Shown here: positions 1 through 8,634 of the stretch, piece after piece
How positions within the stretch are numbered: position 1 is the stretch's first letter
Layout: every line of letters begins with the position of its first letter
Assembly (NCBI GenBank): GCA_965248435.1
Contig: OZ252100.1
Location: 2,432,001-2,496,000, forward strand
DNA: 64,000 bases
Direction of reading: 5' to 3'
From: Candidatus Latescibacterota bacterium
GTDB lineage: Bacteria > Latescibacterota > UBA2968 > GCA-2709665
Position numbers and translations under genes: made by a program
Notes under the pieces: model-generated
Database searches by the model: none
What the model was told of the DNA's origin: nothing
The model's input: only the letters and a program-made list of their open reading frames with translations

Positions 1-1079
1 TCTGCTACGAGTTTGGAAAGCCTCTGGTCATCGAGGAGGTAAAGATCGATCCGCCCAAGCAGGGAGAGGTGAAGGTGCGTCTGGGCGCGACCGCGATCTG
101 CCACAGCGACGTCTATATCGTCAGCGGGGCCTGGGGCGGTGAAACACCGATCATCGCCGGTCACGAAGCAGCCGGCGTCGTCGAGGAGGTCGGGCCTGCC
201 GTCACGCTTTACAAACCGGGCGATCGCGTCCTGGCCACGCTGCTCCGATCCTGCGGCCGGTGCCGAAACTGCGCGAGCGGCGTGACCTATGTCTGCGAAG
301 GGGACTTCGCCCTGGGCAGGGAAAGGCGGCTCCACACCCGGAACGGCGACCCGATCATCCAGGGCGCGAACACGGCCGCCTTCGCCGAATACGTCGTCAT
401 CCACGAGTCTCAGGTCGCGCCTATCCCGGATGACCTCCCAATGGACCGTGCCGCTCTCATCTCCTGCGGCGTCATCACCGGAACAGGCGCCGTCATGAAC
501 ACGGCCGAGGTGGAGCCCGACAGCTCCGTCGTCGTCATCGGCACGGGGGGCGTCGGGCTCAACTGCGTTCAGGCCGCCGATATCGTCGGGGCCTATCCGG
601 TCATCGCGGTTGACCTGATCGACAAGAAACTGGAAGCCGCCAAAACATTCGGCGCCACGCACACCGTCAATGCCAAGGAGGAAGACCCCGTGGAAGCGGT
701 GAAGGAATTGACCCACGGGGGAGCCAAATACGTCTTTGTCTCCGTAGGGAGCACCGCCGCGATGGAACAGGGCCTCGAGATGGTCCGTTCAGGCGGCACC
801 GAGGTTCTCGTCGGCGTCCCGGGAGACCAGGAGACGATCACGATTCGCCCCAGGACGATGAACGCCAGAGGGGGCGGGGGGCCGAAGAACATTCTGGGCA
901 GCTACATGGGATCCACGAGGCTGCCTGTGGACATCCCCAAGCTGATCACCCTGCACAGCCAGGGGCGCCTCAAGCTGGAGGAGCTGATCACCGAGCGTTA
1001 TCCGATCGAGCAGATCGACGAAGCGATTGCGGTCATGGCAAGGGGAGACGCCTTGCGGAACGTGATCATTTTCGACTGA
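1..1079 (+). CDS. Zn-dependent alcohol dehydrogenase (MDR, class III-like), 5'-truncated by window edge
   Basis: Frame is open from base 3 (CYEFGKPLVIEEV...). Motifs CHSD, GHE, structural-zinc CGRCRNC..C and Rossmann GTGGVG. Confidence 0.92.
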   Translation, partial: CYEFGKPLVIEEVKIDPPKQGEVKVRLGATAICHSDVYIVSGAWGGETPIIAGHEAAGVVEEVGPAVTLYKPGDRVLATLLRSCGRCRNCASGVTYVCEGDFALGRERRLHTRNGDPIIQGANTAAFAEYVVIHESQVAPIPDDLPMDRAALISCGVITGTGAVMNTAEVEPDSSVVVIGTGGVGLNCVQAADIVGAYPVIAVDLIDKKLEAAKTFGATHTVNAKEEDPVEAVKELTHGGAKYVFVSVGSTAAMEQGLEMVRSGGTEVLVGVPGDQETITIRPRTMNARGGGGPKNILGSYMGSTRLPVDIPKLITLHSQGRLKLEELITERYPIEQIDEAIAVMARGDALRNVIIFD

Positions 1080-1266
1080 AATGCCGCTGCCGATCCGCTG
1101 CTCACGTGATCGTCTGGATGGCGGCCCCGGATACCCATCTGAGAACAGGCAATATTCGATTCTGAACGTGGCTGCTTGTTGATGCTTCCAGCCTCGACGC
1201 GAACAGACAGTCCCCAGAGCCATCTTTGGGGCCTTTCTGTGGTCGTGGCGAAAAGAGGAGAACGGA

Positions 1267-2325
1267 ATGCGCGAGATTAGAGGGTTGACTTTCTGTCTAC
1301 TGGCCGCCGTCATCGGCGTCACGCTCGTTCGCGCAGCGGCAGAAGCTCAGGAGCGGATGCCGAGCGGGGATCCGAGCATCCTCGCACCCGGGGCCCGACC
1401 GGATACTTTGTTCACCGGGGGGACGACCCTCACGGAAGGCGTCGTCGCCGGACACGACGGGATGATCTACTTCAACGACATCACGTTCACCTTTCTGGGC
1501 CGGCAGGCCGGCAGCGTGGAAGCGGGCCACATCTGGAGATATAATCCCGAGACCGGGAAAACAACGATCTTTCGGTCGCCCAGCGGGATGTCCAACGGGA
1601 TCAAGTTCGACGCCCGGGGACGAATGATCGTGGCCCGGGGCGCGGACTACGGAGGACGGTCCGTCATCCGCACGGACATGAGTTCCGGGAAGAGCGAGAT
1701 CATCGCAGGCCTCTACAAAGAACGCCCGTTCAACTCACCGAATGACATCACGATCGACGAGAAGGGGCGCATCTATTTCAGCGATCCGCGCTACCTGGGC
1801 CACGAACCGGTCGACCAGCCCGTGATGGCCGTCTACCGGATCGACCTCGACGGCTCGATCCACCGGATCATCACGGATGCGGGGAAGCCCAACGGTGTGT
1901 GTGTCTCACCCAATCAGAAGACCCTCTATGTCGTCAGCAACGACAACGGGGCCGTCGGCTTCGACAGGCTGGCTCCGGGCGAATCGTCCCACAAGGGTCG
2001 AATGGCCCTCCTCGCCTACGATCTGGCAGAAGATGGCACGGCGAAATTCAGAAAGGTCTTGGTCGATTACTCTCCAGAGGATGGTCCGGATGGCCTGGTC
2101 GTGGATGTGAAGGGGAATCTCTACGTGGCCGAGCGCAGCGGGAAGCGGCCGGGCATCGCGGTGCGGTCACCGGACGGCAAAGAACTGGCCTTTATTCCCA
2201 CCGAGGTCCCGACCAACGTCGGATTCGGCCGGGGCAAGGACAGCAGGGTCCTCTACATCACCGCAGGCACGAGCCTCTACAAGATCGATGTGATGAATGA
2301 GGGATATCACCTGCCGTCCAGATAA
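1267..2325 (+). CDS. Secreted SMP-30/gluconolactonase family beta-propeller
   Basis: Signal peptide; TEG, SNG, FNSPND, KPNG, GPDG and PTN motifs; RBS GAGGAG. Confidence 0.9.
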   Translation: MREIRGLTFCLLAAVIGVTLVRAAAEAQERMPSGDPSILAPGARPDTLFTGGTTLTEGVVAGHDGMIYFNDITFTFLGRQAGSVEAGHIWRYNPETGKTTIFRSPSGMSNGIKFDARGRMIVARGADYGGRSVIRTDMSSGKSEIIAGLYKERPFNSPNDITIDEKGRIYFSDPRYLGHEPVDQPVMAVYRIDLDGSIHRIITDAGKPNGVCVSPNQKTLYVVSNDNGAVGFDRLAPGESSHKGRMALLAYDLAEDGTAKFRKVLVDYSPEDGPDGLVVDVKGNLYVAERSGKRPGIAVRSPDGKELAFIPTEVPTNVGFGRGKDSRVLYITAGTSLYKIDVMNEGYHLPSR

Positions 2326-2340
2326 GGAATCTAAGATACC

Positions 2341-3399
2341 GTGGAAACCTACGACATCGAAAGGAAGCTGGCGACTTACCGCCAAACGTGCCGAAAGGGC
2401 ACGGACTGGCTGTTGGGCTTCATGAAGCCGGACGGTTCCATGGGCCCGATCGACGAGCCCGAGCGGATCTACTATTACCGCGTGCCCTGGGCCTTCGCCC
2501 TCGTGGGTGAGATCACCGCCGCTGACCGTGTGCTGGACTGGATGAGCCGCAACATGTTCTCTGCCGAGGGCGAAGTAGAGGGTCATTCGCCTCGAGGCCT
2601 GTTCGACACCCTCTACGGATCCTACCCTCTCGCCTGCCTGCTCATCGCGGCCGTGATGCGGCAGCGGTTTAGTCTCGTCATTCCGGGCGCTCGATGCCTC
2701 GCCACCTGGCAGGACCCGGAATCCGGAGGGTTCTACAACAACCGCGAAGACATGACCGAGACCGGCGAACAGGTCCTATTCCCGACCGCTCAGGGTGGGA
2801 TGACACTCCTTCAGCTCGGTCAGATCGAGGCCGCACGGAAGGCCGGCGCCTGGTTCCGGCGGCTCTGGGAGCTCCAGCCCGATATCGAACACAGGCTCTA
2901 CGCCGTCTTCAGCCGGGCAAAAGGTCTCGTGACGGGAGCTGATGCTTCTGAAAGCGCAGGGTCCTGGTCCAGCGATCTGCCGGAGCACGAATTCGTATAT
3001 GTCACGAAGAAGGACGAACCCTGGCAGGCCCACTTCAACGGAGGCATTGCTGCGGCCTTTCTGACCCAGCTCCACACGGCCACCGGCGAGGCGGAATGGC
3101 TGGACCTCGCGCGGGGCTACCAGGAATTCTCCATGATGACGAATGAATGCCAGTTCCAGTCCATGCAGGTCTGCAAGTCGGGCTGGGGATCCGGCATGCT
3201 CTACGTCGCGACGCGTGAAGCGCGCTATCAGGACTGGACCGTGCGAATGGGCGATTGGTTCGTCGAGCATCAGCTCCAAGACGGCCACTGGGAAAACACC
3301 AAGCACTGGACCCCGAATCCCACCGTGTGCAACAACATCGAGATCACGGCGGAGTTCGTCATGCACCTGGCCAACATCATCTCTTACCTCTCTGTCTAG
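2341..3399 (+). CDS. Hypothetical (alpha/alpha)-barrel protein (prenyltransferase/AGE/glycosidase-like fold)
   Basis: Repeated W..Q..DG.W/F-type motifs (WQDPESGGF, HQLQDGHW); helical pattern; operonic position. Confidence 0.55.
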   Translation: METYDIERKLATYRQTCRKGTDWLLGFMKPDGSMGPIDEPERIYYYRVPWAFALVGEITAADRVLDWMSRNMFSAEGEVEGHSPRGLFDTLYGSYPLACLLIAAVMRQRFSLVIPGARCLATWQDPESGGFYNNREDMTETGEQVLFPTAQGGMTLLQLGQIEAARKAGAWFRRLWELQPDIEHRLYAVFSRAKGLVTGADASESAGSWSSDLPEHEFVYVTKKDEPWQAHFNGGIAAAFLTQLHTATGEAEWLDLARGYQEFSMMTNECQFQSMQVCKSGWGSGMLYVATREARYQDWTVRMGDWFVEHQLQDGHWENTKHWTPNPTVCNNIEITAEFVMHLANIISYLSV

Positions 3400-3413
3400 A
3401 CCCCCTATCCTTG

Positions 3414-3499
3414 ACCGCAGACCACGGACCGCGGACCGCTCAAAACCAAAGAGATGGCTTTATTCATCTTGCCGTCCGCTGTCTGCCGTCTGCGGTCTG
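3414..3499. repeat. Heptamer tandem array (ACCGCRG) with an inverted partner array
   Basis: ACCGCAG ACCACGG ACCGCGG ACCGC, followed ~30 bp later by GCCGTCCGCTGTCTGCCGTCTGCGGTC. Confidence 0.6.
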
Positions 3500-3554
3500 T
3501 TTTGGCGGAGTCTGAGACGCTCTCGCGCAGGATATCGTTGATGGAAAACGATCT

Positions 3555-5261
3555 ATGACGCTGATCGACTGGCTGATAGTCCTCGTGATCAACGGCGGCA
3601 TCGTCCTCTACGGGCTCACCGTCTTCAAGAAGGAGCAGGAGAGCTTCGATTGGTACCTGGCCGCCAAGTCCATGCCCTGGTGGGCCGTGGGGCTTTCCGC
3701 CTTCGGGACGGCCGTGGACAGCGGGGACTACGTCGGCATCGTCGGGGGATCCTACAACCTCGGCCTGTCGCAGCTCACACAGTGGTGGCTGGGGATCGCG
3801 GTGGGATGGTTCGTACTGAGCTTCTATGTGATCGTCCCGATGTACCGTTCCGGCGTCTTCACGAACGCCGAGTGGCTCGAATTTAGATTTGGGCCGGTGG
3901 CCCGTTTCCTCGCCGTATTGATCAACATTCAATCCCGCACGAACGTCCTCGGCAACATCTTCTTCTCCCTGTTCCTCGTCCTGAACCTGGTCGCGGAAAT
4001 CGATGCGGTCTGGAGCTGGCCGATCGTCGTTGGGGTGGCCTTCACCGCGATCCTCTACATCGTCAAGGGCGGGCTGAGGGCGGGCGTCTTTACCGACGCC
4101 ATGCAGAGCGTGGCCATGCTCGTGGCCTCCTTCGTGCTCTGGGGTGTGGTCTGGGTGAACGCCGGGGGCTGGGACGGCCTGCATCAAAGCCTGGCTGCGA
4201 TAGATTCAGACCTGCCCGGTACGTTGCTGCACGTGGGCGGGTATGCGCCCGAGGGGGTGCCTCCTGCCCTGGTCGCCCTGGGGTTCATCGTCGTGTTGAC
4301 AACCTATGCCGTCATCAATCAATACGAGACAATCCGTTTTCTGGGCGCCCGATCCGAGTGGGACTTCAAAATGGCCGCGCTCGTCGCGAGCCTGGCGACG
4401 GCGGTCTGTCTCTGGTTCAACGTCAGCCTGGGGCCGCTGGCCAGGGCTGAATTTCCCTATCTGGAGATGAGCGACCAGGCCTACCCCCTGATGGTCCGAA
4501 AGTACCTCCCGCCCGGCCTGATCGGACTGGTACTCGCGGGACTGGTGGCCGGCGGGTATTCCACCTTCGATTCGATCGGCATAGGCATCTCGAGCCTGTT
4601 CGTCCGGGACATCTACGCCCGGTTTATCGTCAAACAGGCCTCGGACGACCACTACACCCGGGTTGGCCGAATCTCGGTTCCGTTCATCATCGCGCTCGGG
4701 TTTCTCTACGTCCCCTTCCTAAAGCAGGGGATGCTCCTGTTCTACATCCGTCTCGCCGGTGCGATTGCAGTCCCCCTGATGACGGTCATCCTCATGGGGG
4801 TTTTCACGCGCGTCCACCGTGAAACCGGGGCCATCGGGCTGGTGGTCGGTCTCGCCTACGGCACCTCCGCCATTCTGGCCGAGTCCCAGGGCTGGCCTCT
4901 ACCGGTGTGGTACACTCACACCTGGTGGGCCTATCTATGGAACCTGGTCCTGCCCGCGGGAAGCATGCTGATCGCATCGAAGATGATCGACCTGTGGCGG
5001 GGTCCCGTAGACGACGAGGAAATAAGAGGTCTGATCTACATGAAACACGAGCGGGCTGAAGATCTTCGCGGACTGATGGGGAAACGGTTGGCGGTGTTAG
5101 AGGGAACCTGGCTTCAGAAAACGCTGCTGGAAGCACCCGTCAGACCGGAATATCCGTTCGAGGTGCCAAAGACCGGTCTGCCCCGATTTCGGCGTCCCGG
5201 CTTCTGGGCCTGTCTCTACATCGCAGGGGCCTGCTATCTTCTGTTTGTCCACCTCTGGTAG
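3555..5261 (+). CDS. Sodium:solute symporter (SSS) family
   Basis: YLAAKSMPWWAVGLS, GGLRAGVFTDAMQ, PPGLIGLVLAG and STFDS motifs; many TM segments. Confidence 0.92.
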   Translation: MTLIDWLIVLVINGGIVLYGLTVFKKEQESFDWYLAAKSMPWWAVGLSAFGTAVDSGDYVGIVGGSYNLGLSQLTQWWLGIAVGWFVLSFYVIVPMYRSGVFTNAEWLEFRFGPVARFLAVLINIQSRTNVLGNIFFSLFLVLNLVAEIDAVWSWPIVVGVAFTAILYIVKGGLRAGVFTDAMQSVAMLVASFVLWGVVWVNAGGWDGLHQSLAAIDSDLPGTLLHVGGYAPEGVPPALVALGFIVVLTTYAVINQYETIRFLGARSEWDFKMAALVASLATAVCLWFNVSLGPLARAEFPYLEMSDQAYPLMVRKYLPPGLIGLVLAGLVAGGYSTFDSIGIGISSLFVRDIYARFIVKQASDDHYTRVGRISVPFIIALGFLYVPFLKQGMLLFYIRLAGAIAVPLMTVILMGVFTRVHRETGAIGLVVGLAYGTSAILAESQGWPLPVWYTHTWWAYLWNLVLPAGSMLIASKMIDLWRGPVDDEEIRGLIYMKHERAEDLRGLMGKRLAVLEGTWLQKTLLEAPVRPEYPFEVPKTGLPRFRRPGFWACLYIAGACYLLFVHLW

Positions 5262-5263
5262 CC

Positions 5264-5461
5264 ATGGAACCTTCTGAAGAACAGAAAAAGAAAAAGCAGT
5301 TCGAGAGCGCCTACACGGCCGTTCTCCTGCTGCTGGTTGCGGTCTTGCTCCTGGCTTCGATCTCCTACACCGCGCAACTCTGGCCGGTGAAGGTCGCGAT
5401 TGCCACGGTGCTGGTCGTGGTCTCCGGGTGGTTTGGTCGGCGTTACTGGCAGGGAAGGTGA
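5264..5461 (+). CDS. Small two-TM membrane protein, probable SSS accessory subunit
   Basis: Starts 2 bp after the SSS stop; two hydrophobic helices. Confidence 0.6.
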   Translation: MEPSEEQKKKKQFESAYTAVLLLLVAVLLLASISYTAQLWPVKVAIATVLVVVSGWFGRRYWQGR

Positions 5462-5569
5462 TTCGCCAGAAGATCCCCGCGCGCCTGAGTCCGCCAGGGC
5501 TCCCGCCTTCAAATCGTGATCCAGCCCCCGCTGTCCGTTCGATTTCCCCTTCTGCGACCCATCTTTTTC

Positions 5570-5598
5570 TTGACATTTGTCCGAAAATCAGATAATCT
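5570..5598 (+). promoter_or_regulatory. Sigma70 promoter of the AbrB-PIN module
   Basis: TTGACA-N17-TAATCT with overlapping inverted repeats. Confidence 0.6.
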
Positions 5599-5637
5599 GT
5601 TATTCAGTAAATCTGGATAACCCGAAAGGAGCCATAC

Positions 5638-5901
5638 ATGCCTGATCCGATTACACTAAGAATCGCCCAGCGGGGCGTCCTCACGCTTCCGAAATCGTTG
5701 AGAGAGGCCCACAACCTGAAGCCTGGGGATACGCTCACCCTCCTCGACCTTGGTGATCTGCTTGTCCTCAGTCCGCGCCCCTCGGAGGTGGATCGACTCG
5801 CAGACCGTGTCCAGGAATCTCTGACCGAAAAGGGTGAGTCGTTGGAGACCGTGCTCAAGTCGCTCAGGCAGGTGCGCGAAGGCGATGCCCCCGAAGCCTA
5901 G
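5638..5901 (+). CDS. AbrB/MazE-family antitoxin
   Basis: RGVLTLPKSLREAHNLKPGD motif; RBS AGGAG. Confidence 0.88.
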   Translation: MPDPITLRIAQRGVLTLPKSLREAHNLKPGDTLTLLDLGDLLVLSPRPSEVDRLADRVQESLTEKGESLETVLKSLRQVREGDAPEA

Positions 5902-6379
5902 AGTCTTCCTCGACACGAGCGCCCTCTTCGCGGGAATCTGGTCATCGGAAGGCGGAGGCAGGCAGCTCCTTCACCTGGGTGAATGGGACGCCGTTCAGAT
6001 TGTCGTGAGCTCTGACGTGACGCGGGAATTGGAGGATGTGATCCGACGTAAAGCCGCCGATCTGCTCCCCACGCTTGCTCTCCTGCTCCACCAGGTGAAC
6101 GTCGAGATCTGCGCGCCTCCTTCCCCTGATGATATCCAGGAATTCAACACCCTCGTTGGCCACCTGGGCGACGCGAAGATCGCGGCCGCCGCACGCGCTT
6201 CCCGCGCTGGATTCCTCGTGACTCTGGATCGAGCCCACCTCCTGAATCGGTCGGAGGTAGCAGAAGCCGCGGGATGTCTCATCGGAACACCCGGCGACTG
6301 CCTGTCCTGGCTGACCCGGCTTCTTCGAAGCGGGGGAAGTGGCCTTGAAGACCTACCCCCCCTGACCCCCCCTCCCTGA
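5885..6379 (+). CDS. vapC: PIN-domain toxin
   Basis: VFLDTS...E...D...FLVTLD; ATG at 5885 overlaps the antitoxin end. Confidence 0.85.
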   Translation: MPPKPRVFLDTSALFAGIWSSEGGGRQLLHLGEWDAVQIVVSSDVTRELEDVIRRKAADLLPTLALLLHQVNVEICAPPSPDDIQEFNTLVGHLGDAKIAAAARASRAGFLVTLDRAHLLNRSEVAEAAGCLIGTPGDCLSWLTRLLRSGGSGLEDLPPLTPPP

Positions 6380-6515
6380 AGGGCAGGGGGGAACGGAAAA
6401 CAACTGATTGCGATGCATAGTATGTGTCTGCCCGAGGCAAATCACGATTTTTGTTTTGTGGAAAGGCATTACTGTTACCTCCCCTTTCCTTTAGGAGAGG
6501 GGCCGGGGGTGAGGT
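6352..6515. repeat. Inverted pair of G/C-run palindromic repeats (DUF559-associated type)
   Basis: CCTACCCCCCCTGACCCCCCCTCCCTGAAGGGCAGGGGGG ... CCCCTTTTCCTTTAGGAGAGGGGCCGGGGGTGAGG. Confidence 0.6.
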
Positions 6516-6536
6516 CCACGACCCACGGGTTCAATA

Positions 6537-7517
6537 TTGAATAGACACGTCCCGACAGGACGCAGAGGCCTCGGCCTGGCATTGGCCGCGTCCACCGCCT
6601 TCATCTGGGGCACGAACCCCGTCATCCTCAAGGGCCTGGTAGAAAATCTGGACGCCTACACGATTGCCTGCTTTCGCTTCTTCGTATCCGCCGGGGTGTC
6701 GATGCTCGTCGTGGCCCGGAGACACAGCATAAGATCCACGTTCGACGCCGCTCGATCCGGTCCGATCCTCCTGATCTTTTCGATTGTTACCATGACCGCA
6801 CAGTTTACGCTCTTCCTGTCGTCACTCTATTACGTCTCGCCCAGCATATCTCAGGTCGTGGTCCAGCTCTCCCCCATCCTGATGCTGCTCGGCGGTCTGG
6901 TCCTATTCGGGGAGAAGTTTGGGCCCCGCCAGTGGATCGGGTTTGGAGCCTTCCTTGCTGGTTTAGCCCTCTTTTTTAACCAGAGCTATGCAGAACTCCT
7001 GTCTGGATCCAGTGCGATCTCGTCCGGAGTGCTTCTTGTTGTCGCCTCATCCTCACTGTTGGCCTGCTACGCCCTCGCTCAAAAACAGTTACTGACGATT
7101 GCCCCAACAGAATCCACGCTGTTTCTCATATTTTTGTCCGGCGCCCTGCTCCTCTTACCCCTCTCGAACCCGCAACGGCTACTCCAGCTGAATCAGTATG
7201 AAGCCACGCTGCTTGCCCTCGTCGCCTTCCTGACACCCATCTCTTATTTAGCCTTTGGCGAGGCCCTGGACAATCTGGAGACGTCGCGGGTTGGCGTCAT
7301 CCTCAGCACGAACCCACTCATTACCGTATCTGAGATGGCATTCATCGCTTATGCGTTTCCAGGCCTCCTCGAACCCGAGCACCTGAATTCGGTCAGCATC
7401 CTGGGTGCTGTCCTGGTCGTGGTGAGTTCCATGTTGGTTTCGCTTGGTCCTGCGGGAGATGGGCGGTACCTGGATGATCACGGGCACGAAAGGATCCGGG
7501 GAGGTCGTCAAGCTTGA
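6537..7517 (+). CDS. EamA/DMT family transporter, copy 1
   Basis: About 10 TM; WG, FRF, QLSP, GE.F...QW.G motifs; TTG start. Confidence 0.9.
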   Translation: MNRHVPTGRRGLGLALAASTAFIWGTNPVILKGLVENLDAYTIACFRFFVSAGVSMLVVARRHSIRSTFDAARSGPILLIFSIVTMTAQFTLFLSSLYYVSPSISQVVVQLSPILMLLGGLVLFGEKFGPRQWIGFGAFLAGLALFFNQSYAELLSGSSAISSGVLLVVASSSLLACYALAQKQLLTIAPTESTLFLIFLSGALLLLPLSNPQRLLQLNQYEATLLALVAFLTPISYLAFGEALDNLETSRVGVILSTNPLITVSEMAFIAYAFPGLLEPEHLNSVSILGAVLVVVSSMLVSLGPAGDGRYLDDHGHERIRGGRQA

Positions 7518-7541
7518 TTGCCACGACCCACGGATTTACTA

Positions 7542-8504
7542 TTGAATAAACACATCCCTACCGGACGCAGAGGCGTCGGCCTGGTGTTTGCGGCATCCAC
7601 CGCGCTCATGTGGGCCACGATTCCTGTCTTGCTCAAGAGCCTGGTTGAAGGCCTGGATCCCTACACGATTACCTGCTTCCGCTTCTTCGTATCGACCGGG
7701 ATGTTGATGGTCGTTGTGCTCCGAAAGCGGGGAATCCGGTCCACAATCCGCGCGGCCAGATCCAGTCCAATCCTTTTGATTCTTTCCACCCTGGGCGTCA
7801 CCGGCTCGTTTGTTTTCTATCTGTTATCCCTGAACCATCTCTCACCCGGCACCTCTCAGGTCCTCATTCAGCTCTCCCCCATCTTCATGGTGCTGGGTGG
7901 CCTGCTCTTATTCAAGGAACCGTTTGCCGTTCGTCAATGGATCGGGCTTGGAATCCTTCTCTCTGGACTCGTCCTCTTCTTCAACCAACGCTACGCCGAG
8001 CTGCTTGGCGGGTCCGACTCGCTTGTCACTGGTGTGCTGCTCGTTCTCGTCTCCGCCGTCGCGTTAGCCACGTACGCCCTTGCCCAAAAGCAGCTTCTGA
8101 CGGTTCTACCGACCGAATCCACCCTGGTGCTCGTTTTCTTGTTCGGCACCCTGCTGCTCCTCCCCCTCTCTGAGCCGTCCCAACTGCTGTGGATGAGTCC
8201 ATATCAAGGCCTCCTGCTTTGCATCTGCGCCTTCTCTACTCCGCTTTCGTACTTCACGTTCGCGCGGGCCCTCGACCATCTGGAGGCGTCACGGGTGAGC
8301 GTGGTCCTCCACGTAAATCCGCTTCTCACGATCAGTGAGATGACGCTCCTCACTGCTCTGTTCCCAGGTCTGCTTGAACCCGAGCACCTGAACGTCGTAA
8401 GCATTCTTGGGGCGGTCGGGGTCGTGGGAGGCGCTATACTCGTCTCCCTGAGTCCCGCAAAAGACACAGGGGTCGCGAGTGTTCCAAAAACGGCTGGTAC
8501 GTGA
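7542..8504 (+). CDS. EamA/DMT family transporter, copy 2 (tandem paralogue)
   Basis: Collinear with copy 1 (H.PTGRRG, YALAQKQLLT, FPGLLEPEHLN); equivalent TTG at 7542. Confidence 0.9.
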   Translation: MNKHIPTGRRGVGLVFAASTALMWATIPVLLKSLVEGLDPYTITCFRFFVSTGMLMVVVLRKRGIRSTIRAARSSPILLILSTLGVTGSFVFYLLSLNHLSPGTSQVLIQLSPIFMVLGGLLLFKEPFAVRQWIGLGILLSGLVLFFNQRYAELLGGSDSLVTGVLLVLVSAVALATYALAQKQLLTVLPTESTLVLVFLFGTLLLLPLSEPSQLLWMSPYQGLLLCICAFSTPLSYFTFARALDHLEASRVSVVLHVNPLLTISEMTLLTALFPGLLEPEHLNVVSILGAVGVVGGAILVSLSPAKDTGVASVPKTAGT

Positions 8505-8538
8505 TCTCTGAACAGCAGATGCCAGCGACCCTACCTTT

Positions 8539-8567
8539 TTGACAAAGCAACACCACAAACGTATATT
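8539..8567 (+). promoter_or_regulatory. Sigma70 promoter of the signalling operon
   Basis: TTGACA-N17-TATATT. Confidence 0.7.
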
Positions 8568-8634
8568 AATCCCCACGAAATTCACGACTTACGACAAGGC
8601 CGGGGCGAGGAAGCCGGGGTTCCAAGGAGGCTTT

